Of a stretch of 64,000 nt of DNA, positions 19,410 through 29,166 are shown in pieces. Every line of letters begins with the position of its first letter. Position 1 is the first letter of the stretch. Below the pieces are notes generated by a model. It was given only the letters and a program-made list of their open reading frames with translations, was not told the DNA's origin and did no database searches. A program made the position numbers and the translations under genes. Source of the stretch: a virus (taxonomy: Duplodnaviria; Caudoviricetes); the IMG/VR virus record IMGVR_UViG_641201351_000001, positions 32,001-96,000 of that record. One strand, given 5' to 3'.

Positions 19410-19997
19410 ATGTACCTACCGAGTTTAATAGGGCTAGTGGGAAAAGCGGGTTCAGGAAAAGACAGATTCTACTATTCGGTTTTAGCGAAATATAATTATG
19501 TGAGAATAGCTTTTGGCGATCCTGTAAAAGTTCTGTCAGTAATTCACTTACTAAAAAGTTATCCTGGAATTCTGGAAAAAGAAGATCAATTGCTAAGAGT
19601 TTTTCCTTCTCTGTATATTGAACTATTTTCTAACCAAAAAACCTCTCTTTCTAGAACACTTCAACAATATATCGGAACTGACTTAGCAAGAAGATTTGAT
19701 GAAAATTATTGGATAAAAATAGCAGAAGAACTTATAAAGGAAAAACTAGAAAAAGGAATTCGAGTAGCAGTTACTGATGTCAGATTTTTGAATGAGGCAG
19801 AAAGCATTAAGAAGCTTGGTGGAATTTTAATTAAGATAGTTGGTAAAGGTTCCTACGATTATGGTAATTTGGAAGCAAAACATCAATCAGAAAGCGAATT
19901 GGAAAAAATAGTTTGCGATTATACAGAAAATGAGTTTACTTCTCTAATTAAAAAACACCAAATCCTCGCTTCGGAGGTAGAAGATACAGGACAGTAG
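19410..19997 (+). CDS. Deoxynucleoside monophosphate kinase
   Basis: GLVGKAGSGKD, FGDPVK, RTLQQYIGT, VTDVRFLNE and HQSE. Confidence 0.92.
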   Translation: MYLPSLIGLVGKAGSGKDRFYYSVLAKYNYVRIAFGDPVKVLSVIHLLKSYPGILEKEDQLLRVFPSLYIELFSNQKTSLSRTLQQYIGTDLARRFDENYWIKIAEELIKEKLEKGIRVAVTDVRFLNEAESIKKLGGILIKIVGKGSYDYGNLEAKHQSESELEKIVCDYTENEFTSLIKKHQILASEVEDTGQ

Positions 19998-20018
19998 AAT
20001 TACTGTCCCGTATTTTTT
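19984..20018 (+). terminator. Intrinsic terminator
   Basis: GGACAGTA-GAAT-TACTGTCC hairpin followed by a T run. Confidence 0.65.
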
Positions 20019-20022
20019 AGAC

Positions 20023-20051
20023 TTGACTCAAAACATGGAGTGTGGTATGAT
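20023..20051 (+). promoter_or_regulatory. Sigma70-type promoter for the tRNA
   Basis: TTGACT-17 nt-TATGAT with TG extension. Confidence 0.85.
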
Positions 20052-20067
20052 AGCTTTTGAGATGAGT

Positions 20068-20143
20068 GGCCTCGTAGCTCAACAGGAAGAGCACTCGCCT
20101 TGTAAGCGGGGGGTTGTGGGTTCAAATCCCACCGGGGCCTCCA
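20068..20143 (+). tRNA. tRNA-Thr (anticodon UGU), CCA encoded
   Basis: GGCCTCG/CGGGGCC acceptor, GCTC/GAGC D-stem, CTCGC-CT TGT AA-GCGGG anticodon arm, GTGGG-TTCAAAT-CCCAC T-arm, then T-CCA. Confidence 0.95.
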
Positions 20144-20148
20144 GAAAG

Positions 20149-20484
20149 ATGAAAAAAGTAAAAATAATAACCTCCTCAGAGCCTAATAAAGACTTTGTTA
20201 ATATAAACCTCCTAAATCGTAATGGAATTTTGAGGAAAAGCATTACCTATGGAGTTATGTTGAGAGAAACAAATTATGTATTTTTTGGAGTCAATGGAGA
20301 AACATACTTCAAAAACTATGTTAAAGATGTCTTTATAAGCGGAAAAAATAAACTTTTAGAAGAACTAAAAACAAAGGACACAATAAATCTTGTAACTATT
20401 GATGGAAAAGAAAATTTTTACAGCAAAATCTTAAAAGAAGTTTTATCTGATATCTTAAAAGAAGAAGGTTTTGAAGTCATTTAA
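20149..20484 (+). CDS. Hypothetical protein (111 aa)
   Basis: ATG 5 nt after the tRNA CCA; the upstream part of the track ORF is promoter plus tRNA. Confidence 0.65.
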   Translation: MKKVKIITSSEPNKDFVNINLLNRNGILRKSITYGVMLRETNYVFFGVNGETYFKNYVKDVFISGKNKLLEELKTKDTINLVTIDGKENFYSKILKEVLSDILKEEGFEVI

Positions 20485-22336
20485 GAATCTCATTATCAAC
20501 AATTTCACCAAAAACCCTTTTGGCAAATTTGGCTTCTTCTTCCCTAATAAGTTTATCAAATTTATCTATTATGCTTCTTTTTTTATCAACTTTAAATAAG
20601 TCATTTTCTAAATCTTTCGGAGTGCCAACTATTGAAATAGTCTGTAGAGGAAGGTTTACCAAAAGATAAGTAAGTATCGCAACGGTATCACTCATATCTT
20701 TTGATGTATCTGGTTTGTGATCAACTTTCTTTTTTTCTCTGTCTTCAATTAAATTAGACAACTCCCAAAACAAAATTGGATGATAATACAGATGTATGCC
20801 ACCATTGTCTAACCTATCTCCCTTCCCAGAAGATGGGGGCGCTTCACCAAAAATTCTTTCTCTTAACAATGCATAGTGTTCGTAGGTAACATATTTGTTG
20901 TAGGTAACTTTCATGTGTGGATATCGTCTTTTTAGCCATTGCGCTGTTGAAGCTGAGTTATATATGTCAAAAAATGTGTGTGTAATGTTAAACTTCCTTT
21001 CTTCTATAAGTTTTTCAATTAGATTGTGCACGGCGTTTATTTGAACCTCCTCTTCATCAAACATATATCCAGTAAATCTAAATACAAGGTCAACGACTGG
21101 CCTGGGAATTAATTTTCCTTCCTTTGAATAATAGAATTCTCTATGTCCGAGAGCTATTGCGTAAGCATCTCCCTCTGTAGAAACTCTACCTAAACCAGGA
21201 TCGGCTACAAGAACATATTCAACACCTTCTTTTCCATAAAACCAGTCTTTAAATTCTAGATTGTAGGGATCTATTTTTTCATATGAGCCATCTTCTTTTA
21301 GGGTGAAAGCTTCAAGTTTAGGATTATTGTAAAAATCTTCTGGTGGCAAAGGAAACTTTAGTGGATGAAGTTCCGAAGGTTTCATTGCGTTTTTTAATCT
21401 TTCCAAATCCGTAAACCAAGCGTCTATTGGCTGTTCTGGTGGATTACAAGCATAAATTGTTTCTGCTTCTACGGGATTTTTTTCAAACTCAGAGGCAAAG
21501 GTTTCTCTTGTTATCATTGGATTTGGATTAAATTCCCAAGTAGGATATTTTGCCACAAAAGAATGAGGTAGCCCCAAATGTTCCTTATATAGTTTCTGTA
21601 TCATTCCGTTTGATTCGCTGTAACGCATGTATGAAATAGCAAAAATTTTTTCTTTCCCATTAAATCTTGACCTAGAAGAAGACCTTAACATTGTCCACAT
21701 TTTTTCTGGATTTCTAAAAGACTTAGCATCTATTTCGTCTGCTACTGCTACAAGAATGTTTTTTCCTTCCAGAGAATCGCTTTCTGAGTGGCCGCTGACT
21801 AGATGAATATTTTTGGGAAAGATAATGTGTTTTTCCTTTATATCTGTGTCTGGATTAAAACCAAACTGTCTAAAGGCTTTTGGACCAGCGTTTCTTATGT
21901 AGTTCTTTAGTGGATCAAAAAATACACTTGTAGCTTGGTCAGCTGATGCTGCAACATTAAGAAAAGTGATAATTTCTGAACTTGGTATCCCAAAGTATTT
22001 ATGTGGAGAATACATGCAAAGTAGACGATAAACAAGCCTCATAAAAATTATTCTTGTAATAAAGTCCTTTCCGCCACCCTTTCCAACCCATAAGATTATA
22101 TAATTGATGCCGTTTTCAAAATCGTCTGCTATTTCTAAAACCTTCTTTTGAGGTTCAGAAAGACCATAAAGATTTATGCCTAAATAATCGTTACTCGTTA
22201 CAAAGGTAATAATGTCTACTGGTTCTATTTCATAAATATCTTTTGGATTAAGTTCTGCCTTAGCTTCGTAAGTTTTTTTCTCTATGAGAGAGTTTATGTC
22301 TTTAATTATTGAGAAACTTTCACTCTTCTTCGGCAT
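20477..22336 (-). CDS. Terminase large subunit
   Basis: Walker A WVGKGGGKD, Walker B VAVADEID, PTWEFNP, nuclease VADPG..GDAYA, FFDIYNS and VDH..SKDMSD. Confidence 0.9.
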   Translation of the reverse strand: MPKKSESFSIIKDINSLIEKKTYEAKAELNPKDIYEIEPVDIITFVTSNDYLGINLYGLSEPQKKVLEIADDFENGINYIILWVGKGGGKDFITRIIFMRLVYRLLCMYSPHKYFGIPSSEIITFLNVAASADQATSVFFDPLKNYIRNAGPKAFRQFGFNPDTDIKEKHIIFPKNIHLVSGHSESDSLEGKNILVAVADEIDAKSFRNPEKMWTMLRSSSRSRFNGKEKIFAISYMRYSESNGMIQKLYKEHLGLPHSFVAKYPTWEFNPNPMITRETFASEFEKNPVEAETIYACNPPEQPIDAWFTDLERLKNAMKPSELHPLKFPLPPEDFYNNPKLEAFTLKEDGSYEKIDPYNLEFKDWFYGKEGVEYVLVADPGLGRVSTEGDAYAIALGHREFYYSKEGKLIPRPVVDLVFRFTGYMFDEEEVQINAVHNLIEKLIEERKFNITHTFFDIYNSASTAQWLKRRYPHMKVTYNKYVTYEHYALLRERIFGEAPPSSGKGDRLDNGGIHLYYHPILFWELSNLIEDREKKKVDHKPDTSKDMSDTVAILTYLLVNLPLQTISIVGTPKDLENDLFKVDKKRSIIDKFDKLIREEEAKFAKRVFGEIVDNEILK

Positions 22337-23108
22337 AATCCACATCTAGTGCGTTTTTTTCGTTTAATTCTTTAATTCTGTTTCTTACGGCAGTTGTGTT
22401 AACAATGAGTGTAATAAAGTCTTCTAAAGAGTTGGCCTCTATTAATGCCCTAGCATACTCGTCTTGATAAAGCCTTTCTTGAAGCTTTATTGCTGTTTGA
22501 GGATCTAATTCTGATAAGATTTCGTACATTGCCTTTACAAAAGCAACTTCCCTTTGTCTATCAAGCACTTTTTCTATTAGGTTTAGATAAGTATTTGTTT
22601 GATCAACAGAAAGTTTCAATAGAACCTCAAATCTCCTTATGCTATCTTTCCAAGCGTTTAGGAGCTTTCTATTTTCAAGAACACCATCAATTCCTTTTTC
22701 TGCTAACAGGGAAGATATTTTTTCTCTTAATTTTTTAGAGATTATTGTATTGAATGTTATTTCCTTTGATAGTGCGCTTACTGAATTAAAAAAAGAATAT
22801 AAAACGCCAAAATGTGAGCTTGGATCTACAAAGCTGAGTTCCTGCAACTTCTTATCGTCAAAGTAGAAAAGATAAAAGTCTTGAAGAAGTTTGTGTATTA
22901 AGCTTGTGGATACGCCATAGCGGTTTGATATTTCATTTATGCTCAGTTTGTTTATGGAATAATCTTCTAAAACTTTGGCGATTAAATCTCTTCTTGATAG
23001 AGTTTTGTGGTTTTTGTGTGTTTCTTCTAAAGATTCAAACAAAGCAATTGCTTCTTGTAAATCCTTCTTTTCTGCTTCTTTTAATAGTTTAATGTTTATG
23101 TCCCTCAT
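22320..23108 (-). CDS. HTH protein, terminase small subunit candidate
   Basis: LSINEISNRYGVSTSLIHKLL HTH; helical; directly upstream of TerL. Confidence 0.55.
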   Translation of the reverse strand: MRDINIKLLKEAEKKDLQEAIALFESLEETHKNHKTLSRRDLIAKVLEDYSINKLSINEISNRYGVSTSLIHKLLQDFYLFYFDDKKLQELSFVDPSSHFGVLYSFFNSVSALSKEITFNTIISKKLREKISSLLAEKGIDGVLENRKLLNAWKDSIRRFEVLLKLSVDQTNTYLNLIEKVLDRQREVAFVKAMYEILSELDPQTAIKLQERLYQDEYARALIEANSLEDFITLIVNTTAVRNRIKELNEKNALDVDYAEEE

Positions 23109-23485
23109 GGTTCCTTGCAGCTATCCAAAGTTTCTGGCACAAAATGTCTTTCAGATTTTTTGTTTGCTTTCACAAAAAGCCAAACTATTTCACCAGCGAT
23201 TCTTGTTTTCTTTACTGCCTTGAAAATCGTTTCAGAGCTTTCACTCCAAGAAAAAGTATCTCCTTCCTTTAAACACTCAAATCCTTCGTAAGGAAATTCT
23301 ACATAATCTTTCTCACTTTCTATGTCATCTTCTTTTAGTCGTTGAAGTATGTATCTCCTCAAAGTGGAATAGGGAATATTGTATTTAACTGAAAGATCAT
23401 AATAACCAGCTTCTTTATCTCTAAGATACTCTTTATAGACCTCCTCTAATAGCTTTCGTTTTTCCTCAGAAATTTTTCTTGGCAT
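23105..23485 (-). CDS. HTH DNA-binding protein
   Basis: YYDLSVKYNIPYSTLRRYI HTH motif. Confidence 0.65.
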   Translation of the reverse strand: MPRKISEEKRKLLEEVYKEYLRDKEAGYYDLSVKYNIPYSTLRRYILQRLKEDDIESEKDYVEFPYEGFECLKEGDTFSWSESSETIFKAVKKTRIAGEIVWLFVKANKKSERHFVPETLDSCKEP

Positions 23486-24017
23486 ATTCTTTAAAATCCT
23501 CTGGATCTAATTCTTTTATTTCTTGAGGTAACATATCAAAGTCTTTTGATAAACCGTATTTGTTTAGAATAAAGTAGATTTTGTTAATTAAAACATTTTT
23601 TTGTTTTGTTATTGATTCTATATCTTCTGTTAATTCGCTTTTTGTTTCTGGTGTATCAATTGAACCTTTTTCACAAAAATCCAAATATTTTTCCTTAAAT
23701 ATTTCTGGTGGAAGCTTTCTTAAAGACTCATCAAGACTGTAAAAATTGTTTTTGCATCTAATGACAAAAAAAGACCTATTTTCTAACTCTATTAAATTTT
23801 CTTGATTAATTACAGAATTTTTGTCGTAATCTTTTTCTTCCTGAACCAGAGATGTTTTTCCTTCTGGAGTGTCTGTATCCTCCTTTCTCTGTTTAACATC
23901 TTCAAAATTTTTTTGATTGCTTAATTCCCCTATCGCTTTTAACAAATTTGCTAATAGTGATAAAATTTGAATAAGTGTTGGAAAGATTAAAAATAAAGAC
24001 TTTATAAGCCCAAACAT
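23466..24017 (-). CDS. Hypothetical protein with N-terminal hydrophobic helix
   Basis: 183-aa ORF. Confidence 0.65.
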   Translation of the reverse strand: MFGLIKSLFLIFPTLIQILSLLANLLKAIGELSNQKNFEDVKQRKEDTDTPEGKTSLVQEEKDYDKNSVINQENLIELENRSFFVIRCKNNFYSLDESLRKLPPEIFKEKYLDFCEKGSIDTPETKSELTEDIESITKQKNVLINKIYFILNKYGLSKDFDMLPQEIKELDPEDFKEYAKKNF

Positions 24018-24048
24018 AGTTCACTCACAAAAATGATAAAATGTATGT

Positions 24049-24315
24049 GTGGAAAAGCTCATTCATATTTATTATATCAAATCTGCAATTTCTGAAGACA
24101 AGAAAATAAAATTTCTCAGATTAAAAGATTTATGCGTTCAACTAGACGACATTTCTATAAAATCTTGTAATAAAGATGTATTAAATAAAATGTTTATCAA
24201 AGAACATATAGTGAACTCGCCTTACTCTGATGAAATGACTTTGATAAAATTTGCAGAAAAATTAACTGCTTTAAGAAAAATTTATGGCGACAACAAGATA
24301 CTTGAAATAATTTAA
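24049..24315 (+). CDS. Hypothetical protein
   Basis: TGATAAAAT 6 nt before GTG; ends at a hairpin. Confidence 0.6.
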   Translation: MEKLIHIYYIKSAISEDKKIKFLRLKDLCVQLDDISIKSCNKDVLNKMFIKEHIVNSPYSDEMTLIKFAEKLTALRKIYGDNKILEII

Positions 24316-24358
24316 CCCCCCCCACGAAAAATAAGCTTTTAATTGCGTGGGGGGTTTT
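24314..24358. terminator. Hairpin between convergent genes (probable bidirectional terminator)
   Basis: AACCCCCC..CACG and CGTGGGGGGTT inverted repeat with a T run. Confidence 0.65.
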
Positions 24359-24361
24359 CGT

Positions 24362-25102
24362 TTATAGCTTGTGCGGATCAGAATATATGTAACCGAAGGA
24401 AGCACCTGTGTTGAATGTATCTGCAAGAACTTGATACCAACCGCTATTGTATAGCGGCCTTGCCAAGGCAGTAATATTTTCTAGAATAATAGCGTTCTCA
24501 GAAGAATACGAAACAGAAAAATCTCTTAACATTGCAAGGTAAAGACCAGCATTTCTACTAACTTCATTTAAAACCTTATCTTTCAATGCAACAACAAAAA
24601 GAAACCCAGGAATGTATTTTTCATTATATTCAAATTCTCTTCCGCTTACATAATAAAAAGTAGTGTTTGAGGAAAGAAAATCATTAGGTAAGGGAGTACC
24701 ATTTACATCACTAGGAAGTTCAACTCTCTTAATTCCTCTAGCTTCGGGCATATATATTTCGGAACTGTAAGCGAGGAGAGGGTTTATATTTACTCCGTTT
24801 TTAAAGGATTGCAAAAGTATTGTAGCTCTTTCCATTGTTATTGAACCATCATAGAAGCCTGGAACAAAAATAGGTATTGGCGTTCCTATAACAGTTCTCG
24901 TTCTTGATCCCATTGACTCGTTGATTCTTAAGTTAGTTGCTAAACCAATTTTTTCTACACCAACAGAAAATTTTTGTTCATCTTCACTAACTAGAGTTAC
25001 TTTGTCGTTATTTAGTAAGTCATTTGTTTCATTGGTACCTGTTGTTTTTACTCCAATTAAATAAATTTCGGCAAATTGAGAAGTTTTAATAGGTACTCCC
25101 AT
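24362..25102 (-). CDS. Tail tube-like protein 2
   Basis: IGLATNLRINES.G..VIG..P..YDGSITMER resembles myovirus tube proteins; follows the sheath. Confidence 0.7.
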   Translation of the reverse strand: MGVPIKTSQFAEIYLIGVKTTGTNETNDLLNNDKVTLVSEDEQKFSVGVEKIGLATNLRINESMGSRTRTVIGTPIPIFVPGFYDGSITMERATILLQSFKNGVNINPLLAYSSEIYMPEARGIKRVELPSDVNGTPLPNDFLSSNTTFYYVSGREFEYNEKYIPGFLFVVALKDKVLNEVSRNAGLYLAMLRDFSVSYSSENAIILENITALARPLYNSGWYQVLADTFNTGASFGYIYSDPHKL

Positions 25103-25103
25103 T

Positions 25104-25754
25104 TTATCCTCCTAATAAAGCATTTGCGAGGTTTTCTATTAGTCCTCTGAGGTTAACGAGTTTTCCTGTTCCCCTTACATCAGTCATTATAATTGTGTCA
25201 TCGCCGCTAATTCTTGTTGAATACTCAGAGGGCATGAAAACATATAAAGATCTATTAAGAAAAGGTTGTACTATGTCAGAAAAACCAATATCAGGTGTTT
25301 CAACAGAAGTTATAGATATGAAAGTATAGAATGGATAATCTAAGAAATCCCTACCAGTAACTGGTCCTAAAAATTCTTCAACCCGTCTTTGAAGTGTAGG
25401 TACATACCAGTAATCTGGTAGTGTTGTGAAATCTCTTACAGAAAGAGTATCTAATGTCATTCTAGAGATAGAGATTGTAGCAGAATAGTTATTGGGAACA
25501 ACAATTGGGTTTGTAGGCTCACCAATTCCCCAAACTGGTCTAGAGTTATAAGATTCATCTATAGAAACATTGTTTGCGATACCGATTGGTTTAAACAAGG
25601 CGAAATTTCCTTCTAGTGCGCCCCAAATATTATTTGAATTGTTAAGAATGTTTAGCAGCGCTAAACCTAAATCAGCAGGTGATTGCCCTGCTTGAAGTAA
25701 TGTGTTGAAGGATAGTGTTTTTATTATTGCGTAAGGACTAAATCTTGGTGTCAT
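25104..25754 (-). CDS. Tail tube-like protein 1
   Basis: IGIANNVSIDESY..VWGIG..P..YSATISISR; immediately after the sheath gene. Confidence 0.7.
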   Translation of the reverse strand: MTPRFSPYAIIKTLSFNTLLQAGQSPADLGLALLNILNNSNNIWGALEGNFALFKPIGIANNVSIDESYNSRPVWGIGEPTNPIVVPNNYSATISISRMTLDTLSVRDFTTLPDYWYVPTLQRRVEEFLGPVTGRDFLDYPFYTFISITSVETPDIGFSDIVQPFLNRSLYVFMPSEYSTRISGDDTIIMTDVRGTGKLVNLRGLIENLANALLGG

Positions 25755-25774
25755 TTTTTATCCTCCAACTTAGT

Positions 25775-27721
25775 TTACTCCAAATCGAATGTTACTTTCA
25801 TTGTAACTAGGATAAACTTAATTTCGGTTACTGGTTGATAGAAGAATTCTACATAGTAAACAGTTTTGTCTTCATTAGAAGTAACTTTTACATCTTTATA
25901 GGCAACGATTTGTTTGCCAACAAGATTAGATAGAAGTGCTTCTGTGTATACCTTGATGTCGTTTTCAGTTTTGCGCCCGTAGCTTTTTCTTCCAATGAAT
26001 TGTTCTTGTAGGTTTTTGTAAACATACGATTGTAGGAAATCATCAATTCTTCTAAGAACAAATTCTTGGAAGCCTTGAGTTACAGGACCAAGCCAAGTTG
26101 TTGGATTGTGATGAATACGATAAACGATGCCACCAAAAGAAGTTTTTACTTTTTCTACAAATAAAACTCTGTTAGAAATAAGATCGTCCTTTTGAGTATA
26201 GGTCCAATTGTAGAGAGGTTCAGCACCAATGCCGCTTATTGGTAGGAATGTAATAGAATCCTGGGGTTCTCTGTTGGCGTGCATGCCTGCAACATAAGAT
26301 GCAAAGAATTCTCCACCAAGAAGTTCAACCTTTCCTTCATCGTTAAATACGTTGCTGTAGAAAGGAAATACGACAGCTTGTGCTCTATCTGTGCCACCAA
26401 ACATTGCAGAAATTGTATTTAAAATATTTCTGTTATAAAGGTACTCAGATGCAGTTACAGATTCATTTGGAGAAGGCGCTGGTAAACCAAACACGCCAAC
26501 TCTAGCCTTTCGTCTGTTAACTTGGGACATTGTTTGTACGTGAGAAAGGAAAGTAGAAGCAATTCCCTTAAATATTGTTAAACGATCGTTAAGTTGTGTT
26601 ACATTTGTAAACTTGTAAGCTGGAATGACAAAGTTAACTTCTTCCTCTTCTAAAGTTGCCAATCCTTGGGACCAAATGTTTATGTAGTTAGATACAGCAG
26701 TTTGATAATATCCTGTGCCATCGTCGCCGTTTGTTCCACCAGAAAGGCTAAAGATTCTTGTGGCTAGTATGTGTGGGTTTATTGTTGTATCTACAAGGTG
26801 ATTGATTGTGTAAGCGTCTTTAGCGAACCAGTTTGCGGGATCAGAAAGAGATGTATAGTCTTGATAATCACTCCCATCAAAGAATGGTGTTGCTGAAAGG
26901 TTGAATAGTAGCGGGTTAGAGAGAAGATCATCAACTGTTCCAAAGCTAGTTTTTACTAGCCTAGACTTTGTAAAACCAAAGAGTCCACCATAAAGCACCT
27001 CATATACAAAAAGTCCAAGAGGTATATCTACTGGATTTGTATCACTAGCATCAAAAATTTGAACAACATCAGTAGGTTGAAGTTGTTCCTTAAGCAGATT
27101 AATTAGTGCAGTTTGGAAAGCTGGTCCTGCTGCTAGCGCTGCGTTTACTATAGATCTATCCACAAAAAATAGAGTGCTTCCTCTTTTTACTAAAACAGTA
27201 GGTGTTGTAAACTTTCTTGGAAAAGTAAAAGTTTCTCTGGTTACTGAAAAATCTGGATGCTTTTGGTAAATGGTAAAGATTATAGTATCATCAGCTTCAT
27301 TTGCAGAAGTGAAGTTTTCATCTAAATCAAAAGAAACATAAATCTGATTGGAACGTGTAGAAGCTTCATAAGAAACAAAATTTAAGTTTGCTGGTGATGT
27401 ATCAGAAGTATTTTGTGCTACAGGAATAGAAACACTAGCGGTTGTTGGGTTGCCTATTCTTACAGCAACAACCTCACCAGCACCACCAATAAAAGCGGCC
27501 TTAATATGTTCAAGAAGTGGCCCACCCTTAAAGATGCTGACAGCTTCAGCAAAGGAAGTCAGTCTATAGGGTTTATAAGTTTCGCCTCCCTCAGCTAAAC
27601 CTAGTAGAGCAACAATTCCTGTTCCTACTCCGTTGATTTGCTTAACAGCGCTTAGGTCAGTTTTTACATATGCGCCAAGTTGCTTTATTAACTTTCCATC
27701 AAAATATACGGAAATAGCCAT
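25775..27721 (-). CDS. Contractile tail sheath protein
   Basis: VALLGLAEGG, F.GG.L, LSGGTNG, RRIDDF, F.G.K and PVTEIKFI; strong AGGAGGT SD. Confidence 0.92.
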   Translation of the reverse strand: MAISVYFDGKLIKQLGAYVKTDLSAVKQINGVGTGIVALLGLAEGGETYKPYRLTSFAEAVSIFKGGPLLEHIKAAFIGGAGEVVAVRIGNPTTASVSIPVAQNTSDTSPANLNFVSYEASTRSNQIYVSFDLDENFTSANEADDTIIFTIYQKHPDFSVTRETFTFPRKFTTPTVLVKRGSTLFFVDRSIVNAALAAGPAFQTALINLLKEQLQPTDVVQIFDASDTNPVDIPLGLFVYEVLYGGLFGFTKSRLVKTSFGTVDDLLSNPLLFNLSATPFFDGSDYQDYTSLSDPANWFAKDAYTINHLVDTTINPHILATRIFSLSGGTNGDDGTGYYQTAVSNYINIWSQGLATLEEEEVNFVIPAYKFTNVTQLNDRLTIFKGIASTFLSHVQTMSQVNRRKARVGVFGLPAPSPNESVTASEYLYNRNILNTISAMFGGTDRAQAVVFPFYSNVFNDEGKVELLGGEFFASYVAGMHANREPQDSITFLPISGIGAEPLYNWTYTQKDDLISNRVLFVEKVKTSFGGIVYRIHHNPTTWLGPVTQGFQEFVLRRIDDFLQSYVYKNLQEQFIGRKSYGRKTENDIKVYTEALLSNLVGKQIVAYKDVKVTSNEDKTVYYVEFFYQPVTEIKFILVTMKVTFDLE

Positions 27722-27781
27722 GTTTTTTACCTCCTTCCCCCATTTTACAGAAGCTATTTTGTTTTTTTAGGAACTAAAAAT

Positions 27782-28492
27782 TTATGTTTCTACGGGCATT
27801 TTTATACAAACCTTTTTAAAGGAGCCGTCCTCATTGATTATTATTGCTTCGTAATCTTCGCAATCTTCGTTAGGAAGAACATCTCTTATTATGCCAAAAT
27901 AAGCTTCTTCTCTTGGAATTTTTTTACCAAATATCAACCTTTTTCCGCTTGCATATACCTCTCTGTAAAAAAGTGGATGATTAGCTATGATTTTTTCGTC
28001 TTGGCTATCGTTATATCTTTCAATTACAAAATCTGGAATTCCTCTTTTTAAGAGGTAAAAAGATTCTTGCGCTTCAAGCAAAAGGCGCAAAACAAAATCC
28101 CCTAACACATCTCTGTCAATAGGATCAAAAGACCAAATGAAGAAAGAAACTTTGAATTCTTCTATGAAACCATAAATGTCTTTTTTCAAAACATTACCTA
28201 TAAATCTTTTACTTCCTTGATTATCTAAGGCGATGTTTATGCCTCTTTTAAATAAAAATTCATTATCAGTATTGGCATTTTTTAAGGTTGTGAAGTATGT
28301 AGCAGATGGAAAAGAAGTTGTTATACTAAGTGGGTTTCTTAAGTTTAGCTGATTAAAAATGTTCTTAAAATAATCTACAAAAACTAATTTTGGATTAGGA
28401 TAAGAAGGTATAGGTAAATCGCTATTTGGAACATAGTTTTGAGCAATGCTCAAAAACTCTAAATCATTTGTCAAATCGCTAAAGGTTGACAT
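27782..28492 (-). CDS. Neck / tail terminator-like protein
   Basis: Position before the sheath; FFIWSFDPIDRD motif. Confidence 0.55.
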   Translation of the reverse strand: MSTFSDLTNDLEFLSIAQNYVPNSDLPIPSYPNPKLVFVDYFKNIFNQLNLRNPLSITTSFPSATYFTTLKNANTDNEFLFKRGINIALDNQGSKRFIGNVLKKDIYGFIEEFKVSFFIWSFDPIDRDVLGDFVLRLLLEAQESFYLLKRGIPDFVIERYNDSQDEKIIANHPLFYREVYASGKRLIFGKKIPREEAYFGIIRDVLPNEDCEDYEAIIINEDGSFKKVCIKMPVET

Positions 28493-28494
28493 AA

Positions 28495-29157
28495 TTAGTT
28501 CTCCTTGTTAATTGCGTCAATAAAAATGTTCTTTAAAATATCTTCTATTTCCTCGTTTTTTGCGCCTACAAAATTAACTGATTCTACGACTTCTGTGTAA
28601 TTTGAATTTTCAAAATTAGCGTTTTCTTTGCCAAGAGCAATTCTTTCAGATAGATAATGAGTTGCTACTTTAAAAGATTTGTATAGCATTCCAGCTAACC
28701 AAATATCTTTAGGCTCAGAATCAACATAAACGCTTGTGTAGAGCGTTCCATCGGAAGAATAAATATCAAACCTATCTCTTATAAAAAACAATCCCCCTTC
28801 TTCTTGAAGTTTTAGAAGTTTTACTGGAACTTCTGGTTTAGTTACCATTCTAAAAGTATCTGTAAAAAATACGCCTTCACGCCTTCTTTGTGGAGTGTCA
28901 GAATTGTCTATAACTATGGCTATAGTTTCTATTGGGTTCTTATAAACAACACCGCTACCGCCACAAACAGGACAATTTATTGAAGGATTTAGCGTTCTTT
29001 TATCAAAACAAGTTTTGCCATCTGGAAAACGATAATTGCAAAGTTCAGCTTCGTAATATAAAACTTTATATCCGCCCATAAAAAAGGCTTTCTCTACTAT
29101 GTTTTTCGCTATAGAATATAGCCTTGTTGAAGGATATTCGTTAAATTTGAATTTCAT
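28495..29157 (-). CDS. Neck / head-closure-like protein with Zn finger
   Basis: C..C and CPVCGGSG; lies between capsid and sheath genes. Confidence 0.6.
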   Translation of the reverse strand: MKFKFNEYPSTRLYSIAKNIVEKAFFMGGYKVLYYEAELCNYRFPDGKTCFDKRTLNPSINCPVCGGSGVVYKNPIETIAIVIDNSDTPQRRREGVFFTDTFRMVTKPEVPVKLLKLQEEGGLFFIRDRFDIYSSDGTLYTSVYVDSEPKDIWLAGMLYKSFKVATHYLSERIALGKENANFENSNYTEVVESVNFVGAKNEEIEDILKNIFIDAINKEN

Positions 29158-29166
29158 TTTCTTTAT

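Noticed and set aside
20023-20148. N-terminal 42 aa of track ORF 20023..20484
   Set aside because: This sequence is the promoter and tRNA-Thr; the likely start is ATG 20149.
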